A DNA stretch of 64,000 nucleotides, taken from an uncultured delta proteobacterium. Its GTDB lineage: Bacteria; Desulfobacterota; Binatia; UBA9968. Made by a program: the position numbers and the translations under genes. Within the stretch, counting starts at the first letter, position 1, and each line of letters begins with the position of its first letter. The stretch covers positions 224,001-288,000 of the forward strand of contig CAWFJP010000014.1 in assembly GCA_963816145.1 (NCBI GenBank). The letters are read 5' to 3'. Below, piece after piece: positions 58,448-64,000 of this stretch. Below the pieces are notes generated by a model. That model was not told the origin of the DNA. It searched no databases and saw only the letters and a program-made list of their open reading frames with translations.

Positions 58448-60733
58448 TTGAAGAAGTTTCAGCTTCGAATCTTCAGTGTCAGCCTCATCGTTCTTTTGAT
58501 CATTACCTCAACCGGTCTGGTCGCGGGGGCGTGGTTTCTCAAAGATTGGGAAGATAAGGTCACCAAGAAATTCGAAGGGCGCAAATGGGATTTCGCGTCG
58601 AAGATCTATTCGGATAGTTATCATCTGTACGTTGGCGTCAATCTGCGTCTCGATGATCTCACCGATAAGCTGCGCCGGCTGGGTTACTATGAAACTTCGG
58701 TGGCGCCGAAGACTCAAGGCGCCTACCAGATCAATGGCGCCGAAGGTTCCGTCGACATTTTTCTCCATGACTTCGACTTTCCCACGGAAAACGTTAAAGG
58801 CTATCCGGTGCGGATTTCGCTCCAGGGCAACACTGTCATGCGGATTGAAAACCTCGCGACCAAGACCGAGAAATTTGATCTCGAGCTCGAACCGGAAGTG
58901 GTTACCGGCTTGTATCAGCGGATTTGGCAAGAACGGCGCGTGGTGAAGTTGGCCGAAGTTCCGCCGCTGCTCATCAAGTCAATTCTCGCCATCGAAGATG
59001 AGCGTTTTTTTAGCCATGTGGGCGTCGATCCCATCGGCATCATGCGGGCGATGTTGGTCAATCTGCGCCATTTGAGCCTGCAACAGGGCGGCAGTACGTT
59101 GACGCAGCAGTTGATGAAAAATTTTCTGCTCAGCGACGAGCGCACGCTGAGCCGGAAGTTTCCCGAAGCGGTGATGGCGCTGATCGCCGAGCGCAAGTAC
59201 TCCAAGGAAGTGATCCTGGAGAATTACCTCAATGAGATTTATTTGGGCCAGCGCGGCTCCCAAGGCATATCCGGGGTGTGGGAAGCCGCGCAATTTTATT
59301 TCTCCAAGCCGTTGTCGGAACTCACCGTCGGCCAAACCGCCCTGCTTGCCGGTCTGATTCGCGCGCCCAATCGGCTGTCGCCTTATCGCAATGCCGAGGC
59401 GGCAACCAAGCGGCGCAATGTCGTCTTGGCGAAACTGCTCGACGATAGGATCATCACCCAGAAACAATACGATGCCGCGCTCAATGAGCAACTGCCGCAA
59501 CGCGCCCTGGTGAAGGTCACCAATGAGGCGCCGTTCTACGTCGATTATTTGCGACGGGAGCTGGACCAGAATTATCCAAAAGAGGTCTTGGAAACCGACG
59601 GGCTACGGATTTTTACCGCCCTCGATCTGCGCATCCAAAAGATTGCTGAAAGGGCATTGACCGAAGGTTTGGCTAAGCTCGAAGCGTTGCATCCGGCGCT
59701 GAAAAAGAAAAGCGCCGAAGAGGGTTTGGAAGGGGCGATCGTGGTGATTAGGCCGCAGACCGGCGAAATCAAAGCGATGGTCGGCGGGCGCAATTATCAG
59801 AAATCGCAGTTCAACCGTATTTTCCAAGCCAAGCGCCAAGCGGGATCGGTGTTCAAACCGTTCGTTTTCCTCGCCGCCTTCATGCATGGCGGCCAAAGCG
59901 GCACGCAGTATTTCCCCGACACCGTGGTGAATGATAGCCAGTTTACCTGGACCTACGATCGCGGACAGTCCTGGCAGCCTAATAATTACAATAACGATTA
60001 TTATGGCGCCGTCACCGTGCGCCGGGCGTTGGAGAGCTCGCTCAATTCCGCCACAGCGCGGGTGGCTCAAGATGTCGGCATCCGGCGCGTGCGCGATGTG
60101 GCGCGCCGATTGGGCATCGAGAGTTCGTTGCCAGCAGTGCCGTCGTTGTCGTTGGGCTCGGCGGAAGTCACGCCCCTCGAGGTTGCCGTGGCGTTTTCCA
60201 CTTTAGCCAATGGCGGCGTGCGCGCGCGATCGGTGGCGGTCAAACATGTCATGGACCAGAACACCAAAGTTCTCGAGAAGCGCGACGTCAAACTGGAACA
60301 GGTGATTAGCCCGACCTTGGCCTACACGATGAATCAACTGCTGAAGGGTGTGATGGACCGCGGCACCGGCGCGTCGGCGCGCCGCTGGGGCTTCACCCGC
60401 CCGGCGGCAGGAAAAACCGGCACGACTAATGACTACAAAGACGCTTGGTTCGTCGGCTATACGCCGGAACTGCTCGCGGTGGTCTGGGTCGGTTACGACG
60501 GACCGGCGAAGATCGGTCTATCCGGCGCCGAGGCGGCGCTGCCAATTTGGACTGAGTTCATGAAAGCCGCGACTGCGAATATGCCTGTGACCGATTTCAC
60601 GCCGCCGCCTGTGCCGGAAAGTGAAACACCGGAGGCGGCGCCGGCGGAAAAATGCGGCTCTGCCACGCGCGAAGGTGAACCGCCGGGCGAGCCCTGTCCG
60701 CCGACGCCGGCCAAACCCGCGGAACCGGTTTAG
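58448..60733 (+). CDS. mrcB: Class A penicillin-binding protein 1B
   Basis: TM anchor, UB2H-like region, EDERFFSH, QGGSTLTQQ, SVFK, SLN, KTG. Confidence 0.9.
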   Translation: MKKFQLRIFSVSLIVLLIITSTGLVAGAWFLKDWEDKVTKKFEGRKWDFASKIYSDSYHLYVGVNLRLDDLTDKLRRLGYYETSVAPKTQGAYQINGAEGSVDIFLHDFDFPTENVKGYPVRISLQGNTVMRIENLATKTEKFDLELEPEVVTGLYQRIWQERRVVKLAEVPPLLIKSILAIEDERFFSHVGVDPIGIMRAMLVNLRHLSLQQGGSTLTQQLMKNFLLSDERTLSRKFPEAVMALIAERKYSKEVILENYLNEIYLGQRGSQGISGVWEAAQFYFSKPLSELTVGQTALLAGLIRAPNRLSPYRNAEAATKRRNVVLAKLLDDRIITQKQYDAALNEQLPQRALVKVTNEAPFYVDYLRRELDQNYPKEVLETDGLRIFTALDLRIQKIAERALTEGLAKLEALHPALKKKSAEEGLEGAIVVIRPQTGEIKAMVGGRNYQKSQFNRIFQAKRQAGSVFKPFVFLAAFMHGGQSGTQYFPDTVVNDSQFTWTYDRGQSWQPNNYNNDYYGAVTVRRALESSLNSATARVAQDVGIRRVRDVARRLGIESSLPAVPSLSLGSAEVTPLEVAVAFSTLANGGVRARSVAVKHVMDQNTKVLEKRDVKLEQVISPTLAYTMNQLLKGVMDRGTGASARRWGFTRPAAGKTGTTNDYKDAWFVGYTPELLAVVWVGYDGPAKIGLSGAEAALPIWTEFMKAATANMPVTDFTPPPVPESETPEAAPAEKCGSATREGEPPGEPCPPTPAKPAEPV

Positions 60734-60742
60734 TTTTCTAAT

Positions 60743-61525
60743 ATGCGTATTCCCATGCAGCGCCTTAGTAAGTTTCCCGGATGCGCCATGGTCATTGCGG
60801 TGATGTGGAGTTGCGCACCGCAACGGCCTTATCGAGCGCCGATACCGCCGAATAGCGCGCCGGCACCGAGCGCCCGGGTTACCCAACCACCGCCGGTGCC
60901 AACGCCGGCGCCGCCGGTTGAAACACCGCCTAAGCCGCTGCCGCCGGAGAGCAAGATTCGCGAGCAAGACATCCGCGCTACGCCCGCGCCGGTGCCGAAG
61001 GATGTAAAAGAACCGGCGAAGCACGCGAGCATCAGTGAGCCACGCAGTTCGAACGAGGCGGCGACCGCGCCCACCACGCCGCCGCTCGCCGACGATAGCT
61101 CGTTACTGGCGAAGATTACTCCAGGGATATCGCCGCAGCGCGCCGCATCTTTGCGGCTCACCGAGGAGGGGCGCAAGCTGCTCGATGCCGGGGATCCGGC
61201 CAAGGCGCTGACCCGTCTCGAGCGCACCATCGTGATCGATTCGACGAATGGTTACGGCTATTTTTATATAGCCAAAGCGCAGCACCGGTTGGGCCACTAT
61301 CAAGAGTCGCTCAATTTTCTCGAAGTGGCGCAGTCGCGCCTCGGCGGCGAGCCATTTTGGATGTCGGAGTTGTACGCGCTGCGTGGCGAGAATTACCGCG
61401 CTCTCGGACAGACCCAGAAAGCCGAAACCAGCTTCCATCAATCTTTGCGTCTCAATTCCGGCAACCGAACTGCCAGCGATGCGCTTGCCCGCATGTCCGG
61501 TGATACCCCCGCCGCGTCGAAATAG
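60743..61525 (+). CDS. Pro-rich TPR (lipo)protein
   Basis: VIAVMWSC lipobox-like, long Pro-rich linker, C-terminal TPRs. Confidence 0.75.
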   Translation: MRIPMQRLSKFPGCAMVIAVMWSCAPQRPYRAPIPPNSAPAPSARVTQPPPVPTPAPPVETPPKPLPPESKIREQDIRATPAPVPKDVKEPAKHASISEPRSSNEAATAPTTPPLADDSSLLAKITPGISPQRAASLRLTEEGRKLLDAGDPAKALTRLERTIVIDSTNGYGYFYIAKAQHRLGHYQESLNFLEVAQSRLGGEPFWMSELYALRGENYRALGQTQKAETSFHQSLRLNSGNRTASDALARMSGDTPAASK

Positions 61526-61537
61526 ATTGCGCTCTCC

Positions 61538-62536
61538 ATGTTGGTTCTAGGAGTTGAAACTTCTTGCGACGACACCGCCGCCGCGCTGCTTCAAGACGGT
61601 AAGAAAATTCTTGCCAATGTGGTCTCGTCGCAGGACAGCGTGCATGGTCCTTACGGCGGCGTGGTGCCGGAGCTGGCGTCGCGCCAGCATATTCAGAACA
61701 TCCTGCCGATCGTCGACGGCGCCTTGAAAAGCGCCGGCGCGACCCTGGCTGATGTCGACGGATTTGCGGTGACCTACGGCCCCGGCCTGGTCGGCTCTTT
61801 GCTGGTCGGCATCTCGCTGATCAAAGGTATGTCGTTTCGCACCGGCATTCCATTCGTCGGTGTCAACCATCTCGAAGCGCATCTCTTGGCGATCCACCTC
61901 GAGCATGACGTGCCGTTTCCATACATCGCGTTGCTCGCTTCCGGTGGCCACACGCTCCTCTATCATGTCAAAGGTGTGGGCGAGTATGTCTATCTTGGTG
62001 GGACGCGTGACGATGCCGCCGGCGAGGCCTTCGATAAGGTGGCTAAAATGATGGGGCTAGGCTACCCCGGCGGCCGGATCATCGATAACCTGGCGAAAGC
62101 CGGCAACCCCAAGGCGGTCCGTTTCCCACGGGCAAGGTTTAAGAATAGTCCCTATGAGTTTAGTTTCAGCGGTATCAAGACCGCTGCTTGGCATTATCTT
62201 AAAGGGCAAGGAAAAGCGCAGTGGCAACCGCGCCAGGCGGATATCGCCGCGAGTTTTCAGGAAGCGGTTGTCGACATGCTGGTCAATCCGACTGTCCGAG
62301 CCGCGGCGGCCCATGGAGTCCCCCGTATCGTTCTCTCCGGCGGCGTTGCCGCCAATAGCCGGCTGCGCGGTAAAATGACCGAAAAGGCCGGCAGCGAAGG
62401 GGTGCAAGTCTTTTGTCCGGCACCCAAGTTTTGCACCGATAATGGGGCCATGATTGCGCTGGCTGGCTATCACTGGCTCGAGCGCGGCCGCCACGACGGT
62501 TACGATCTTAATGCCGACGCCGATCTAACGCTCTAA
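61538..62536 (+). CDS. tsaD: tRNA N6-adenosine threonylcarbamoyltransferase
   Basis: GVETSCDDT, GGVVPELASR.H, HLEAH, SGGHT, DDAAGEAFDK, TDNGAMI. Confidence 0.97.
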   Translation: MLVLGVETSCDDTAAALLQDGKKILANVVSSQDSVHGPYGGVVPELASRQHIQNILPIVDGALKSAGATLADVDGFAVTYGPGLVGSLLVGISLIKGMSFRTGIPFVGVNHLEAHLLAIHLEHDVPFPYIALLASGGHTLLYHVKGVGEYVYLGGTRDDAAGEAFDKVAKMMGLGYPGGRIIDNLAKAGNPKAVRFPRARFKNSPYEFSFSGIKTAAWHYLKGQGKAQWQPRQADIAASFQEAVVDMLVNPTVRAAAAHGVPRIVLSGGVAANSRLRGKMTEKAGSEGVQVFCPAPKFCTDNGAMIALAGYHWLERGRHDGYDLNADADLTL

Positions 62537-62573
62537 CCGCATATTTCGATTTGAGTTGCGAAGGTTGCCGAGG

Positions 62574-63437
62574 ATGCCGACCCTCTATGAAGAAGTGCGC
62601 GCCCTGCTGCGCGATACCGAGTTTCGCCCGCGCAAGAGCCGCGGCCAGAACTTTTTGATCCACGAGCCTGTCGTCGAGGCGGTCCTGCGTTTGCTCGATT
62701 TGCAGCCGAGCGACGCAGTCGTCGAGATCGGCCCAGGGCTCGGTTTTCTCACGCGGCGGCTGGTCGACCGGGCACAGGCGGTGTGGGCGGTGGAGGTCGA
62801 CGAGCTCTTGACAGATCGGCTGCGCGCGAGCGAACTCGGTGCAATCTCCAAGTTCCATCTGATTTACGGTGACATTCTTAACGTCGCATTGCCTGAGCTG
62901 CTGCCGGAGGGCAAGTTGAAACTCGCCGGCAATCTGCCTTACAACATTTCCACCGAGGTGTTGTTTCGGATTTTCGATTGGCGCGAGCATTTCAGTACGC
63001 TGGTGCTGATGGTGCAAAAAGAAGTCGCCGACCGCATCGCCAGCGGCCCGGGTGCGAAGTCCTACGGCACACTGTCAGTGTGGTGCCAAGTGCATGGCCG
63101 CATCGGCGAGAAAATCAACGTCTCGCCGGAGGCTTTCTACCCGCGACCCAAGGTGCGCTCGACGGTTGTCAAGATTGAGCTGTTGCCGGAGGCGCGTGTG
63201 AGCGATGAGAATCTCCCGGTGCTAAAAGGGCTGGTGCGCGCCGCCTTCGGCCAGCGGCGCAAGACTCTGAGCAACGCCGTGGGATCTTGGCTGATGCGCC
63301 AGCGCGACGAAGTCGACGGGCTACTGGCGGCTCACGATGTCGATCCCAAACGGCGCGGTGAAACCCTCAGCGTCGAAGAATTTATCAAACTAGCGCAAGC
63401 TATCCGAGTGAGCGGTCTGTTGCCCGCGAGTGTTTGA
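62574..63437 (+). CDS. rsmA: 16S rRNA dimethyladenosine transferase
   Basis: GQNFL, EIGPGLG, NLPYNIS, MVQKEVA, FGQRRKTL. Confidence 0.96.
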   Translation: MPTLYEEVRALLRDTEFRPRKSRGQNFLIHEPVVEAVLRLLDLQPSDAVVEIGPGLGFLTRRLVDRAQAVWAVEVDELLTDRLRASELGAISKFHLIYGDILNVALPELLPEGKLKLAGNLPYNISTEVLFRIFDWREHFSTLVLMVQKEVADRIASGPGAKSYGTLSVWCQVHGRIGEKINVSPEAFYPRPKVRSTVVKIELLPEARVSDENLPVLKGLVRAAFGQRRKTLSNAVGSWLMRQRDEVDGLLAAHDVDPKRRGETLSVEEFIKLAQAIRVSGLLPASV

Positions 63438-63487
63438 GGTTTGTCTGTTATTAGTATCAATTGAAGTTGCTCGGGTTTAACCATATT

Positions 63488-63567
63488 TTCGGAATATCTC
63501 CCGCAAAGGCGCAATGTTCGGAAAACAATTGTCCGAAAGCTTCGTGTCCTTCGTGCCTGGTGGTGAA
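63488..63567. repeat. Chimeric palindrome remnant (CGCAAAG arm plus CTTCGTG arm)
   Basis: TTCGGAATATCTCCCGCAAAGGCGCAA...CTTCGTGTCCTTCGTGCCTGGTGGTGAA. Confidence 0.55.
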
Positions 63568-63623
63568 AATCATCCTAGCAATAACCCGGCAAGAAGCGCA
63601 CTGAATACTGACGATCATCACCC

Positions 63624-64000
63624 ATGCCCGAACTTCCCGAAGTCGAAACCGTCTGCCGCAGTCTGCGGCCCCATCTGCTCGGACGAACCATCGAGCGCAT
63701 CGACGTGCGCGAGCGGCGCCTGCGTGTGCTGGTGGATAGAGCGCGAGTCCATCAGTTGGCCGGCAAGCGGATCGAGTCAGTTGATAGACTCGCCAAATAT
63801 ATTTTGCTGCGCTTCTCGGACGCGTCCGTGTGGCTGTTTCATCTGGGCATGTCCGGCAAACTCATATGTACCGGCGCGACCACGCCGCGCCAGAAGCACG
63901 ATCATATCGTCGTCGATTTAGACGACGGCCGCCAGCTGCGTTATCATGATCCGCGCCGATTTGGGCTTGCCATCGTGACCCATGCCGATGAGCTCAGTGA
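63624..64000 (+). CDS. mutM: Formamidopyrimidine-DNA glycosylase, partial
   Basis: MPELPEVET, R.AKY, HLGMSG, DPRRFG; runs off the window end. Confidence 0.95.
   Translation, partial: MPELPEVETVCRSLRPHLLGRTIERIDVRERRLRVLVDRARVHQLAGKRIESVDRLAKYILLRFSDASVWLFHLGMSGKLICTGATTPRQKHDHIVVDLDDGRQLRYHDPRRFGLAIVTHADELS

Overview
GC-rich bacterial chromosome window. Gene content and repeat style suggest a Ca. Binatia/deltaproteobacteria-like organism (inference). Bases 1-37 kb are a patchwork of catabolic and redox enzymes (ThDP enzyme, amidohydrolase, LigB-type dioxygenase, NahE-like aldolase plus bicupin, two stand-alone molybdoenzyme subunits, LLM, SDR, ADH) and five orphan solute-binding proteins. 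Their intergenic spaces are filled with several families of palindromic repeats. One repeat is interrupted by a complete IS1182-family element and by a second 195-bp insert. Bases 37-44 kb and 49.8-64 kb are mostly housekeeping genes (pncA, cysQ, hinT, Glu dehydrogenase, efp, coaE, grxC, rimI, carD, ispD, larE, cysK, degP-like, PBP1B, tsaD, rsmA, mutM). Between them lies a ~5.6-kb integrase-less island at the 3' end of tRNA-Cys. It carries a GT2 glycosyltransferase fused to what looks like a catalytically dead RepB-type primase domain, translationally coupled to an FkbH-GNAT-ACP protein, followed by a GT1 remnant. This is the best candidate for an undescribed system. Several single-base frameshifts in otherwise intact genes may be sequencing errors. 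All family calls come from motif recognition by eye; no searches were run.
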